Positions 12,576 through 25,934 of a DNA stretch of 64,000 nucleotides are shown piece after piece. The stretch's first letter is position 1. Every line of letters starts with the position of its first letter. The stretch comes from Cetorhinus maximus (Eukaryota), in NCBI RefSeq assembly GCF_964194155.1, contig NC_135885.1:116312001-116376000 (forward strand), in the 5' to 3' direction. Under the pieces are notes generated by a model that did not search any database, was not told the origin of the DNA, and worked only from the letters and a program-made list of their open reading frames with translations. Position numbers and translations under genes: made by a program.

Positions 12576-13470
12576 TATGATTCGACGTTTCCCTTAGCCT
12601 GTTATTCTAGAGTGCCTTATCTCATTACCTGAGGGCAAAGGTGGTAGTCTTAAAGTGAAAAATTAGGAGATTGGTGTATGGCCGGCAGCTGGAAATAGTC
12701 AAATCATGGCATATCTCTAGACATTTCTGTGATATTAACTGTTGCACCAATTAATCTGTATTCTCCTTCCAAAAGGAAAAGGTTGCCCACAACCAATAGC
12801 AAAATTGCCATGGGGTAATGAATGGAAACCATCAGGTTATTAAGCAGCCAAAAGCAGGAATCCATTTTGGTCCCTTGACATTGAAAGATGGACAAGTTGG
12901 TGGAGAGCTGCCAGCAGCAGCTTGACAACTATGTGGATTCAGAGATTCCCTTCACTTGTACAGCTGCCCAACAATTGCTTCTTCTAAATCTCATGTGAGA
13001 GGCCAGCCTTTTTATAACCATCCAAGCATCAGCACTCAAAAGAACATGAAGAGACTGAAAAACACTTTTTTCCACAGCAACCAGTTGTGCAATAGCTTCA
13101 CCCACTCCTTCAAGGTACCTCAAGTCATTCCAGATACACCCATTCACTGGATTGCTGGCAGTCAAAATATATCACAAAATGACAAACAAATCACTGGTGA
13201 ATAGCAGAAGGTGCAAAAGAGGGGAAGAGGAGAACCCAGTTTTGTCTCCACGTAAGTGAGAATCAAATGACTGCCCTCAACTAAACCGTCTAAAGACCCA
13301 AACCCTAGGAGCCTATTTTTCAAAAGCCCTCATATCTCATATCCATGTTGTAGAAACAATTTATTTATGTGTATTGGATACAGTAGGTAAGTTGGAGATG
13401 TCCACTATTTGCACCAGTAACATTTTGTTTGCAAGTACACACAGTCCAAGAGGTGTTTGTAGTGACATAG

Positions 13471-14196
13471 GGATTAGATTTTCCCGATTGGGTTGTGCTC
13501 CCGATGTTGGCCACAATACTGGGTCGGGAACCAAGAAGTGATCATGGTGACATCAGTCATGATCTTCCTGGAGACATTAATTTAAGAAGCCGCCTCCAGG
13601 CGCTCTGTCCAATCAAGTATGGTGGGCAGATCAGGGAAGCAGGTGGTCCAATCAGAGGGTTTGCAACAATATCAGGCCAGCAGCCGCAGAGAGAGAGAGG
13701 AGGTGCTGCTGAGGCAGGCAGGATATCACAAGGGCGCCTCAATGTGGCGGATTCTTGGTTGCCTGCAAAGAAGTCAACAAATAAAGAGACCCAAAGTCTG
13801 GAGGTCTTCAAGGGGGAGGAGTTGTGACGGACCAGCTTCTGGTCTATGATCCATGCGACCCCATCACTGGAGAATTGAGCCGCTGGCTTTAATGGCTACA
13901 GTCCTGCGGCCAGGAAACCGCTTGAAATGAGCTGACAGTTTCCGCACATGGCGGGGGCTGCTCCACGGGTGGGAAAGTACCGGCGCTGTGGAAAACTGGC
14001 TCTTAAATGAGGTCTCAGTTGCTTTCATTAGCTGTCCACCTCCCTGGGGCACCAGCCAACCCTGGTCCCAGCTTGTCTCTGGGAAAGGCCCCAGACAAAG
14101 GAATGTCAGACCGCTGTCCTGACTCAGCTCCCTCATCATTTTCCCTGTATCCCCTACCTCTGATCCCATCTCCACAGGGCTGGAAAAAATAAGCCC
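13471..14196. mobile_element. Harbinger-type non-autonomous element (MITE)
   Basis: Ends GGATTAGATTTTCC / GGAAAAAATAAGCCC; GC-rich body; flanks TAG/AAG. Confidence 0.6.
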
Positions 14197-15805
14197 AAGT
14201 TGTCGGGGAAGTTCTCAAGAGAGTCACGCCTTCTGCACTGGTAATTATGACTACTTCCATTGAGGACATGCAAAACACACCCAACAGCAAAGCTTTCAGA
14301 TTTAATTCGGCCTTTTTGGACTGCTGTTTGGCTGAACAGGAACCCAAAGAAGATGATGTCCATTACCACTGGTTTGTAAGGAAGGCGAGCAGATATCTTT
14401 GCCACTCAACATAAAGACATTGCTGCAACCTGCTTCCACTCGTCTAATGCCAACATATGGAGGAAATTTCTACATGGGCCTGGTCTCTTTCCAAGAACAA
14501 TTTACAGCCAGGAGTTGGCATTTTAGGGCAATGAATCATTGAGAATAGTGTTACCTTAGTTTTAGGAGATTGCTGCAGAAGTGCCTGAGATACTTTTCTT
14601 TCAACTTTCTGTGGATCACATATCAGTAAGTTTAGAACAATTATTAGTAAGAAACTAAGCAGAAGAGGTAGTCATGACTTTGGGAAGGAGAAGTAAAGTT
14701 GCATAACTTGCTGTGACAAGTAAAGCTGAAAATTGTCAGCCAAAGTATTATTGTCCTTTATTATGCTGCAGAATATGACGCCTTTTTCCTCATAGTAATA
14801 TAGTGAGATGACTTATTCCTGAAAGGGCCAAACACTGGGGAATAAGTGAGAGGATGTCCTTAGTATGAAATGGCCTATTATGAAAGCCATGGTTGATCTT
14901 GTTTGGAAGCGGTTGCAGGCTATTTAATGTTAGTTTTCTCAAGCAACTGGCAATGACTTCCTAACTGGTTCTTTACTATCTGGTGAGGGAGGGCTTCATT
15001 CATTGCCACTGCTTTATCTTTCTCAGCATCACCTAGGAAGACTAACTCTTTCTGGTCTGCATAGTTTTGAAAGATGCAAAAGGCACCAATTATTCTTGAT
15101 AAATTTGCTGGGCTGTAGCACTGGTGAATGCTAAGGCATCATTTTACCTGTGCTTCACATGGAGATTGCATGCCGGAGAGTCATTATCAGGTAAGGCTGG
15201 AGGGGGTATCCTCCATTTCCAAGCAATCAACCCAAAACTGTTCAGTGCAAGTGCAAGTTAAGTGTTGATGATCAGAAGTGTCATGGAAACACATTTGGTA
15301 ATAAGCAAGATCTAGTAGTTGCATTTACATGTTAGCAGCATATTAATAGAATATTAAAATTCAGGAGATCCTAATGCAGATGTATTGAGCTCCAGCACAT
15401 ACAGTCAGTACCTAGGCAATTCTTCTTGCTGGATGAAAGCTAACTGTTTGATTCTCTTTGCTTTGAGGGGTCTAGAGAAGGGTAAAAATTGTCTGGCCGG
15501 CCTGAATAGAACATCTGTCACCTTCTTGAAGTGCTGCTGCATAGCAGAATGATATATGTGACTGAGGTCACCCAAGGATGCCTAGTGGCATAAAAATTCA
15601 GTTAGTGACAAAGCTGTTCCCTTCATTGAAGTAGGCTGCATGACTGTTGACAGTAGCTGGCATAACTTAATAATAACCTCTGGCCAGAAGCACAGCATTC
15701 TACTGCATTGCCTCACCGAAAATCAAAGTGAAAGCTCCAAAATTTGTAAGCTATGTGGAGTGACTGGCATGCTGGCAACAAACATCTTCTTGAATCTGAG
15801 TCTAC

Positions 15806-16493
15806 GAGCTGAATTTTCCCAGCCCCAGGGTGGTGGGCTTGGAGGTAAGGGGGCTGGAAAAATTGCAGGAAGTCATGTTGAGATGGCTCCCCAATATATT
15901 ATTGGTGCCAGGGAAGTTTTCTAGGGATGGGCAGGTATATGGATCAGTAGCCCATATGACAGAGGTGGGCAGCCAATTTATATAATTTGAAGCCCTAATT
16001 AAGGGTGATTTTGCAGCCTCACCAGCATTTTGCTGGTGGAGGAGCTGCCCCTTGCCACCAGAGGAGGCTGCCTGCTTAATGGAGATACTGCCACAAGGCA
16101 GTCAGGGGATGATCAGAGCCAGGAAGCTCCAGCCCCAAAGAGGGGCATTGGGCATCAAAGGCTGTCCTGTGGCCCCAACAATCCAAGCAGATGGGATCCC
16201 TTCTGCTACCTTACCCCCCCAAACAATAATTTATATTTATGCCTCCGAGGGCATTTTCAGGGGATGCCAGGGCTCTGGAGCTGCTGACTCTTCTGATTGG
16301 AGACAGAGGAGCTGGGGAAACAACTGGGAGCCACATTGATACAGCTTAATAGCACAGCAAGCACAGAGACAGCCAATTAGGAGGCCACCTCCTGGTAATT
16401 AGCTCGACTAGCATGTCTCCTGGTGAACACCGGCTCGGGAGCGCCATTTGGTTTAGAGGCTGGAGTCCCAAAGCCTGCAGGGAAAACCTTCCC
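15806..16493. mobile_element. Harbinger-type non-autonomous element (MITE)
   Basis: Ends GAGCTGAATTTTCCC / GGGAAAACCTTCCC; TSD not recognisable. Confidence 0.55.
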
Positions 16494-16774
16494 TTGGCTC
16501 TTCAAACTAATCTCTTCCACAGCTGCTTTTCCTTCTCTTGATACCACTGCAATCGACTGATTTCCCACAGCTCCTCATTGAAATCTTTCAGCCTTTCTAA
16601 AGGTCGCAAAAAGAATCATAATTATTTGCAGAGGGAGACAAGTGCAAGATAAAAAATGAAGCAGAAGGGTGAAACGAAAGCTCATGGACTCCCACAGCTA
16701 TGTGACTTCCTCACATTCTGCTTCCTGTAAGGACTCAATTCCCAGTTTCCCTGTCACCATTGCATCTGTTTAAT

Positions 16775-18930
16775 GCAGAGGTCAATGAGCCCTTGAGACA
16801 GCTGCTGAGACAGGGTCAACAGTGGTGCTGGAATGCAGACCAGCAAGATGCTTTCAAAAGGATTAAACATCTTTAAATCTCTTCTGAAATCTTAGCACAT
16901 TACAACCCAGAATTACTGGCCATGGTAGCAGCAGATGCATGGTCTACAGGCCTGGTAGCGGTACTATTTCAAGTGCAAAAAGACAGCAAGCATAGACCAG
17001 TCTACTATGCCGCCAGGTCATGGACAGAAATGGAACAACGATACACCATGATAGAAAAAGAAGCTTTGGAAGTAACATGGGGATTTGAAAAATTTTCAGA
17101 TTATGTTATGGGATTGTGTTTCAAAATTAAAACAGGTTATAAACCACTAGTCACCCTTCTGAACATGATTCTGATGTCACCCAGAATCCAATAGTTCAGA
17201 TTAAGATTGATGAGATACAACTCCATCACAGAGTGTGTGCAAGGAAAATGTCAAACAACAGTGGACACACTGTCACGAATACCATCAGAAGGAACTGAAC
17301 AAGAGGACTTAGACTTTATCGAGGAGGTTGAAGTATATATATCCTTAATCACTCAGTTCTTACTAGCTACTGCAAGAAAATTGCAGGAAATAAGGCAAGC
17401 CCAGAAACAGGATGAAGAATGTCTTCAAATCCAAGAATATCGTCTGGAAGAATGGTCAGACTATATCCCTAGGAATCCGATACTACACTAATATTTTGAT
17501 CAGCGCAAGCGCCTCACTGTCATTGACGACTTACTAGTCTCGAATGAGAAAATAGTCATAGTGAGCGCCCTTCAGTTTGCATCCTACACAGGCTTCACCA
17601 AGGACATTAGGAATTACAAAGTGACATGCAAGGGCATAGCAATTAGTCCGGTGGCCAGGTATTACTAGTGCAATAGAGCAAATGATTTCTAACTGTATTA
17701 CTTGTGCCGTAAACAGCCTGGAACAAAAAGAACCACTATTACTTTAATCCTTTCCATTGAGGCTGTGGAAGCACCTGGGAATGGACTTATTTGACGATAG
17801 TGGAAAACCTTCTTTATTGTTATTGATTATTCACGGTGGATTGAAGTAAACTGACTGCAGAGTATCACAGCAGAAGCAGTCATTCAATCCCTCAAGATAA
17901 TTTATTCAACACAGGGCATTCTGGACGTTGTAGTGTCTAATAATGGGCTACATTTTACAAATGAGCAATTCCAAAATTATGCAAAAGAATGTGGCTTTCT
18001 TCATGTAACCAGTTCACCTCACTAACCTCATGCAAATGGACAAGCGGAGAGTGGGGCAGAAACCATTGAAGAGTTATTAAAGAAAAATGAAGAACTTAAT
18101 CTAGCTCTTCTGAGTTATCGATCCTCACCACTACAGAATGGTTTCTCATGATTGGAGTTACTAATGGGTAGGAGATTGAGAACACAGCTTCTATCTCTAA
18201 TACAAAAACTTAATCCTAACATCACCATGAATGACCACGAGAGGATAACACAGCGTGAGGAAGAACAGAGAAACAACCAGGCTCAGAACTTTAAATCACA
18301 GGCATCGAGCACATGTCACCAGTGCTGAAGCCTGTGGAGAGAATATGGGTTTGAGACTAATAGAGGGAAGGTACAATCAATGCAAAAACTCCACAACCAA
18401 GATCGTACAGGGTTGACACGAGCCAGAGTATCATAAGGAGAAACCTCAGCACCTTAATATCCTTGAAAAGAAAGCCAATAGAAGCTTGGGCTTAGATCCT
18501 GAAGAAGAGGAAAGACCTACTACAAGCTCTGCAGTCACCCAGGAGATGAATATCCACACTGACAGAAGGGAGAGTACGGAGTATCCTTGACCTCAAAACG
18601 AGATCAGAATGAGACGAGGGAGATTGGTCAAGGCACCTCAGAGGCTAATCCTGTGAAGTCATAGACTTTGTGGGGGAGATGTAGGAGGATGTAAATGTGA
18701 TAGTGATAATGATTCGGGGGGAGATGTAGAGTAAAGAGTCAACATCAGAAGCATACGTGATACTGATGTAATAATGTCAGGTCACATGACTGAGCAGTAA
18801 GAGAGACCTGGAACAGGGCAGACGATCTTACCTCATTTGGAGGTCCAAATTTTTAAATACTTCAAATGTGTAAATATGTATTTGCTATAGATAAATAGTT
18901 CTGGTTAAAATAACTATGGACTCAAGCAGC
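16775..18930 (+). mobile_element. Gypsy LTR retrotransposon pol (RNase H-integrase), PPT and 3' LTR, decayed
   Basis: RNase H VAADAWSTGL..VYYAARSWTEMEQRYTMIEKEAL; integrase motifs (LHQGH, VVSNNG, TSSPH..ANGQAE); polypurine tract GGGGGGAGA followed by TGTAG at about 18725. Confidence 0.85.
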
Positions 18931-19877
18931 ATATATTTGGGATATTAGCCAATCCCCAAACCATGTCTAAACAGCTACCACACAATAAAACAGATAAGGT
19001 TCCCCTCGTTCTCACTGTCCACCCCACTGGCATCCATATTCAATATATCATCCTCTGCCGTTTCCACCACAACCAGTTTGATGGCACCACCAAACACATC
19101 TTCCCCTCCCCTCCCTTTCAACATTCCACAGGGACTGTTGCCTCCATGATACCCTGCTCCACTCCTTAGTCACCTCCAACACCCATCCCTTTCCTATAGC
19201 TCCTCTTTATACAAGTGCAGGAGATGCAACACCTGCCCTTTTCCTTCCCTCCCCCTTCTCACCATTTAAGTTTCCAAACACACTTTCCAGCTGAAACAGC
19301 GATTTACTTGTACTCCTTTCAATACTGTATTTACTACTCACAATGTGGTCTCCTCTACACCTCAGGGACCAAATACAGACTTGGTGACCACTTTATGGAA
19401 CACCTTCTTTCAGTGGCAAGCACAGCCCTGAGTTTCCTGTAGCTTGTCAGTCCAATTCTATATCTTACTCCCACTCTGACCTTTCTGTCCTTGGCCTGCT
19501 ACAGTGTTCCAATGAAACTCAACTCACCTTTAGACTTTATCGCCTTCAGAACTCAGCATCAAGTTCAACAATTTGACATCATAAACTCTGCCCCCATTTT
19601 GTTTTACATTTTTTCTGGTTCGATTTTTTTTCTCTCATCTTTTTGGATTCCTTTACCTTGCATTTGATGGCTACGATACTACTATTCACACCTCATCCCA
19701 ACACATCTTTTGTATCTTTATTTCTCCCATTACCCTTCCTTTGGCTTTTGTATAATGATATCTTTTGGCCATTTAATCTGTCCTTCACTCCACCCTATCA
19801 CAGGCCTTTCCTTTTGTTACGTTTCTGCCCTCCAACCTTTCACTTGCTCAAAATCTACAGCACTTCGGATTTTCCTT

Positions 19878-19910
19878 AGTTCTGATGAAAGGTCATAGAC
19901 CTGAAACATT
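19878..19910 (+). ncRNA. Minimal hammerhead ribozyme of PLE, disrupted at its cleavage triplet
   Basis: AGTT CTGATGA A AGGTC ATA GACCT GAAAC ATT; the 3' strand GTT AACT is found at 21193 after the inserted MITE. Confidence 0.8.
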
Positions 19911-21192
19911 GGATGGAATTTAATGCTGTCCTCTTTGGTGAGTTTGATGGCAGGGGCAATTATTTCTCACTTAAGGGCCTCATCCTGCTAATGTTGTAAA
20001 GTGCGGGACTCACCATGTGGGGAACATGACAAGCAAACTCATGCGGAAGATTGGGGGGCCCGCTGAGAGCCACAGCCCTGGCCTTTCTGTACAAATCCCT
20101 CTCCCATGACCCCAATCCTATGACCCCATCCCGCCAATCCTGCCAAAATCACCTATGGCCTGGGATCTAGTGACAATACTAATGTAAGAACTTACGGTCC
20201 TGAATAAATTTTAAAAAAAAACTCTCATCTAAGTGGGTATTTCTGCATTTTGCAGGATTTTCGAAGCGGCATTGATTGCCTCTTTTTCTAAACACTTTGA
20301 CCTCTGAACAGTCTTCAGAAACAGCACAGTCACTTAGTTCAGGCTGCCTTCTTCAGATTCCTGAGTTATTAGGTGGTGTCCTGTGCACACCCTTATCTCC
20401 CAAGTCTTTAGAAAAGACCAAGATATGACCCTCAGCAAGATCTAAACCAAAAAACTGACCTCGAGCAGGATGACGAACAGGGTAGGTGGTAACCACCTTG
20501 ATGTTTGGAGTACCTGTCCTGTATCCATTGGTCAGAGTAGTTCCAATAAGGCAATTGATACTGGGTACGCTATCAGGCCCCCCCAAAAAAGGGTTTATAT
20601 GGGGAGGTCCTGCTGAGGGATCGTATACTGCTGAGGTACGGCTGAGGTGCTGGTGAGGTGGCAGTGCTCTTTGTGCAGCTGTCTTCTTCAGATGGAAGAT
20701 TGATCAGAGGAGAAGGAGGAAAATTGAGACATTGAGAGAAGAGTTTCCTAACACTTCGACTAGAGAACGGAATGCTGTTATCACAAGCTGTTACGGGTGG
20801 TATGCTTTTTTTCTGTCTAATTAGCTAAAGTATCGTATATGAACTGTTGTTTCTTAATAAACACAATAAACTATCTTAAAATTACATACGAATAGTCAAC
20901 TGCCTATGTAGGTATCTGTGGACCCGAATCCAGAAGTCTTACACTAAGCCTTGGGTGGGTGTAACATTGGCAGCAACTGCCTCCTCCCTAGTGGCACTGA
21001 TGTTCAATGTGGCTGCCGGCATCCCTCAGCAGGTGGGACTTTGGCCCCCAAGGTACTTGATTCCGGGAAAGGCCCGCCACTGTCCAATTAAGTGCCTGAA
21101 TGGCACTTAATTTGGCGTGCCTTCCTAAAAGAGGCAACACGGGGCTCTCGCCAGCTGGGCTAGGCCCCCGTTGCTTCCATTAAATACTGCCT
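19911..21192. mobile_element. Harbinger-type MITE containing a solo LTR
   Basis: Ends GGATGGAATTTAATG / CATTAAATACTGCCT; TSD ATT/GTT (CpG-decayed GTT); same family as 24874-25563. Confidence 0.8.
20183..20966 (+). mobile_element. Solo LTR (about 784 bp)
   Basis: TGTAAG...GTAACA termini, AATAAA signals near 20856-20870, interrupts the MITE. TSD not clear. Confidence 0.6.
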
Positions 21193-21225
21193 GTTAACTC
21201 TTCACATAGGCTGCCCAACCTGTAT

Positions 21226-22337
21226 GGAATAAAAGGGACAGTAGCAACGTGGATGCAAAATTGGCTGAAAAATAGGAAGTAGAGAGTAATGGTCAATGGA
21301 TATTTTTTGGGATGGAGGAAGGTTTGTAGCAGAGTTCCCCAGGGCTTGTTATTGGGATCCTTGCTTTTCCTGATATATATTAATGATTTGATCTTGGTGT
21401 GCAGGGGACAGTTTCAAAGTTTGTGGATAATAAGAAGCTTGGGACTGTTGTGAACTGCGAGGAGGATGGTGTGGAACTTCAAGAGGACATAGACAAGTTG
21501 GTGGGGTGGGCAGATAGGTGGCAGATGAAGTTCAATGCTGAGAAGTGTGAGGTGATGCACTTTGGTAGGAAAAACATGGACAGACAAAATAAAATAAAGG
21601 GTGGAATTTTGAAGGGGATGCAAGAGCAGAAAGACCTGGGTGTATATGTACATAGATCATTGAAGGTGGCAGGACAATTGGAGAGAGCAGTTAATAAAGC
21701 ACATCATATCCTGGGCTTTATTAATAAGGGCATCAAGTACAAGAGCTGGGAGGTTATACTGAATTTATATAAGACACTTGTTAGACCTGAGCTGGAGTAT
21801 TGTGTACAGTTCTGGCTGCCACACTATAGGAAAGATATGAACACATTGGAGAAAGTGCAGAAGAGGTTTACAAGAATGGCTCCAGGGATTAGAAACTTCA
21901 GCTATGAGGATAGATTGGAGATATTGGGACTGTTCTCCTTGGAGTGAAGAAGGCCAAGAGGGGATTTGATAGAGATGTTCAAAATCATGAGGGGGCTGGA
22001 CAGATTTGATAGGGAGAAGTTGTTCCTGCTCACAAAAGGATCAAGAACGAGAGGGCACAGATTTAAAGTGATTTGCAAAAGAAATAAATGTGACGTGAGA
22101 AAAAACTTTTTCAGACAGCGAGTGGTTCGGGTTTGGAATGCACTGCCTGGAAATGTGGTGGAGGCAGGTTCAATAGAGGCATTCAAGAGGGCATTAGATG
22201 ATTATTTAAATAGAAACAATGTGCAGGGGTATGGGGAAAAGGCGGGCAATGGCACTAAGTCATAATGCTCATTTGGACAGCTGGTGCAGACACGATGGGC
22301 TGAATGGCCTCCTTCTCTGCTGTTAAAATTCTGTGAT
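21226..22337 (+). mobile_element. CR1 LINE 3' portion, relatively young
   Basis: ORFs 21399-21947 and 21966-22265 encode the CR1 ORF2 C-terminus; 7-bp TSD CCTGTAT at 21219-21225 and 22338-22344. Confidence 0.92.
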
Positions 22338-23619
22338 CCTGTATTTCCAGTATTTCTGTTTTTATTTCTAAAATTCAGGAGAATGCACAAGAAATGGCTT
22401 TCGTATTAGCGTGTATTTTGTTTTCAGTTGCTGTTAAGGTTAATATGCAAAGTAACTACTCTGAACAATATAAAGCATTATGTGAGAACAGTCTTGTTTA
22501 TCCATCAAATAAATACATGCATATTTTAACTATTTTATATCAACAAATATCCCAGTAGGCACTGCTTAATATTAAACGTAAATCTGTTGTTTTTTGCGGT
22601 GTCACTAAATCAAGATTTTGCCACAATGCCATTTTTGTTTGGCATTATGCAAGGAAAATATAAAGCCACATGTGGATTCTCTTAGTGACAGAGGTTCTGA
22701 TTATAAAGGTGGAGACAAGTATGGTCTGGCAAGCCCTGAAGTGGACGGTGAACCTAGGGAGCCACTATCCGCAAGCTCAGACCCCCGCACCGCCCCCCAC
22801 CCCCCGCCACCATCCGCCCCGACTAATACTGCTGTCTGGTCCCATCCATCTCTATAAAGGTTTCCCAAGATAAAGAGCCAAGTTCTAATGACACAGAATG
22901 CCTGTTCTACCTTCCGGATTTTCTCATATTTGAGTGGAAGAGTGCAAGTTTGAGGTTAATAATCAGTAAACATCATCTAACATACCTCCTTTTTTTGTTA
23001 GCACTTTAGCAATATCTGCATATTAGAAATGCCTTTGCATTCCTGGCATGCATCATTGCCAAGGCAGTGCGTGATTGATTGCACCAGGCAACAAGTCAGT
23101 CATCATTTGTTGCAGCAAAAGCTGCAACCACTATCCTCCCCCCACCCACCCCACTCAGAAGTACTCGGAGCTGAACCCAAACATTTAAATGAGCCTGAGT
23201 TCGGAAGATCTACTGGCAGAAGTCTTGCCTGGAACGCTTCCAACAAGAATCTTGCCAAAGCTGAACAATTAGGCCATCCATTGTTTATCGATGTCTAAAA
23301 TGAATAAAAACAAGTAGAGGAAGGGTAGATTTACTGTACAGAGAAAGTGTATATAATGAGATTTAGGAGGTGTGTCCTTGATGGCTTTACACAGCAAAAC
23401 TGGAAGATGGGATGAACAGAGAAATGAGGTTATGTTCTGGAAACCTCTTGCTTCTAAGAAATATTCCACAACATGTCATGCTGATAGTTGTTTCTTAAAG
23501 CAATCAATGGGAAACTTTAAGAAACAGAATAAGTTGCCAAGGATCAAACCTAAAAAAGGCTTGGAAATGACATAGCTACAAATAGGTAGAGGAAGAGATG
23601 CTGAAAATGCAGAGAAGTA

Positions 23620-23900
23620 GCTTCTTTCTGTAGATAGGTTTGATTCAGTAAGCCAGTAAAATGGCCAAGATGGATAACAAGATCTGAACAATGCAGAAGT
23701 GCTTCAGGCTTATTAGATAAGAGAGAAAAATATATATTTTTGATGGCTGAGGAAATGGAAGATATGTTATGCTCTTTTAAACTGTTCAAGATTGATGGAG
23801 TTTTTATGAGACAGTATAAGCACAATTCAGAAAATACTTTATAATCTACAGAAAAATTATATTTGAAAGAGCTAAATTCAGTCAAAGGAAGTTTAGAACT
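23620..23900 (+). pseudogene. Gypsy gag remnant
   Basis: Frameshifted translation WPRWITRSEQCRSASGL..LMAEEMEDMLCSF..YETV..QFRKYF..IIFERAKFSQR resembles the gypsy gag consensus WPKWIRRFERFRIASGL / RNVIFERAKFNQR. Confidence 0.7.
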
Positions 23901-23904
23901 AGAC

Positions 23905-24170
23905 ATCTAGAATAAAGTCTCAGAATAAGGGATAAATCATTTAGAACTGAGATAAGGAGAAACTTTTCACTCAAATGATTATGAATCTTGGACTTCTCTA
24001 CAGCAGTCATTGAATATATTTAAGGCAGAGGTCGATAGATTTCAAGACATTAAAGGAATCAAGGGACATGGGCGGTGCTAGAAGAGGAGTTGAGTTAGAA
24101 GATCAGCCATGATTTTAATAAATGGAGCTGGCTCAAAGGGCCAAATGGCCTACTCCTGCTCCTCTTACCT
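23905..24170 (+). mobile_element. CR1 3' end fragment
   Basis: tttagaactgagataagg..gggccaaatggcctactcctgctcct tail, as at 59560-59810. Confidence 0.75.
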
Positions 24171-24873
24171 GAGCCATATTGAGTGATGTCTCAGAAGCAC
24201 ATAGCCCCATCGATGGGTGTTGGCCTGGTCTGCTCCTGGTAAGCAGAGAATTGAAGGTGGAAAGGTTCGAGGAAGGGATGGCTGGAGGGATCTACTCAAG
24301 GCACACCAGGTTTGACTACAGCCCCTGGGTCCCTGTCAGTTACGTGAATGCTATGTCCAAACCTGATAACAGCGGCTGAACCTGCACAGATGCAGGTAAT
24401 CCAATCCGTGCCTAGCCCTTCAAGGGCTCCACAACACTGAGATTGTCTGCCATGGACAACTAATGCATCAGAGCAGCAAAGCCATCAGGCTGCCCCCACA
24501 CTCCAGCTGAGGGAGGAGCACAGTTGACGGACCCAGAAGTGAAAGGGCACCGAGTTGTGCAAAGGGTTTCAAGGGATTGCATTTTTCTCAATTATGGCAC
24601 AGTGTGTTTGATTTGTCCTCTGACCATATGTTTGATTCCTTATTATGCAAAAACCTGGCTGTATGCAGCTTTTGACAGCTACAGATGGTTTTGCCCATTA
24701 CTGATTTCAAAGACGTTGGTCTCTAACACATAAAAGCTGGTTGTCTAGAAGCAGAAAAAGGTTTAAAATTAATCAAAAACAGGAAACAAGCATGGTTAAA
24801 AGCTGTGCTTAGCTTTTATGTGAAATCAGAACTCTAGAGAAATTTTATGTTATAGGAAAAACTTGAAGAAATC

Positions 24874-25563
24874 GAGCAGAATTTAATGCCCTCCCCCGAG
24901 GTGAATTTGGACGTGGGGAGGGCATTTAATTGGGCGGTGGGGGGCAGCCTTTCTCCCTTTGCCAAAATTAAGTCTGGGGTGGGAAGGATTCTGGACAGCC
25001 TTCCTGACCCTTCCCAACTTGCTAAATTGAGGTCATTTGGTGGGTAATTAATGCCCACTTAAGGGTCCATCCCACCACCACTGTTGCCATACAGAGAACC
25101 TGAATAGAAAATCCTGCGGGTTGCTTATCGGATCCTGGTAGGGGTTAGGAGGGGGATTGAGGTGTCCCTCATTGTCAGGGACCTGGCATCACTTTCTGCT
25201 GACCATTTCTGTTGACACCCCTTCCCCCCTTGCCAGTGACCTCGAACCTGCGACCTGCATCCCACCCTCACTGGGATCCAGCACTGATCCTCGGCTTCTT
25301 GGCGCAGTGCCATCAGCAGCCACAACACCTCCTTGGCACTCATGAGCACTGAGGGCTGTTGGCCTCTGATTGGCCGATGACTCTTGGCAGATGGGACTTC
25401 TGCCCTGAGGTCCTTGATCCTGGGGAAGGCCTTCCACTGGCCAGTAAAGTGCCTGAGTGGCACTTAATGTGGTGGGCCTTCCCTAAAAGAGGCAACGCTA
25501 CGCTCTCACTAGCTTTGCAGCCAGAAGGCGAGGCCCCTTTCTCCTCTCCATTAAACACTGCCC
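24874..25563. mobile_element. Harbinger-type MITE
   Basis: Ends GAGCAGAATTTAATG / CATTAAACACTGCCC; exact 3-bp TSD ATC (24871-73, 25564-66). Confidence 0.85.
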
Positions 25564-25934
25564 ATCATGCCTGGGATATGAAGATAAGGGACTGATATGC
25601 TTTTAAAAAGCATTAATTCACTTGGTCTAAATGAACTTAAGTGTTTGAAAAGCTGTGAGAAAGAACACAAACTGAAGTTGATTAACGATAATGTCTTTGT
25701 AAGGTGGGGAGAAATGAACAGACATGTTTCATTTATATGCTTTGTCGGATGGATACTGTCTTTAATTCGCCAAACAACTGTTTAAGGAGTCAGAAATGTA
25801 AGTAACTTGAATTGTTTTATTATGGTAATTAAATACATGTGTGTGTTCAGGAAAGATAGACTGATAAAGATCTTCCAACAGCCTCAAGGAATGGAAAAAG
25901 TTTTAAACATATGTTCATCATCAAGGAATGTCTA

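Larger units (their letters stand above)
16685..22375 (+). mobile_element. Old Penelope-like element in four pieces (16685-16770, 18985-19910, 21193-21225, 22338-22375)
   Basis: RT C-terminal DSHSY..SHSASCKDS; DKVPLVLTVHP; GIY-YIG-type YCIYYSQCGLLYTSGTKYRLGDHFMEHL; hammerhead and tail pieces resume after each nested insertion. Confidence 0.75.
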
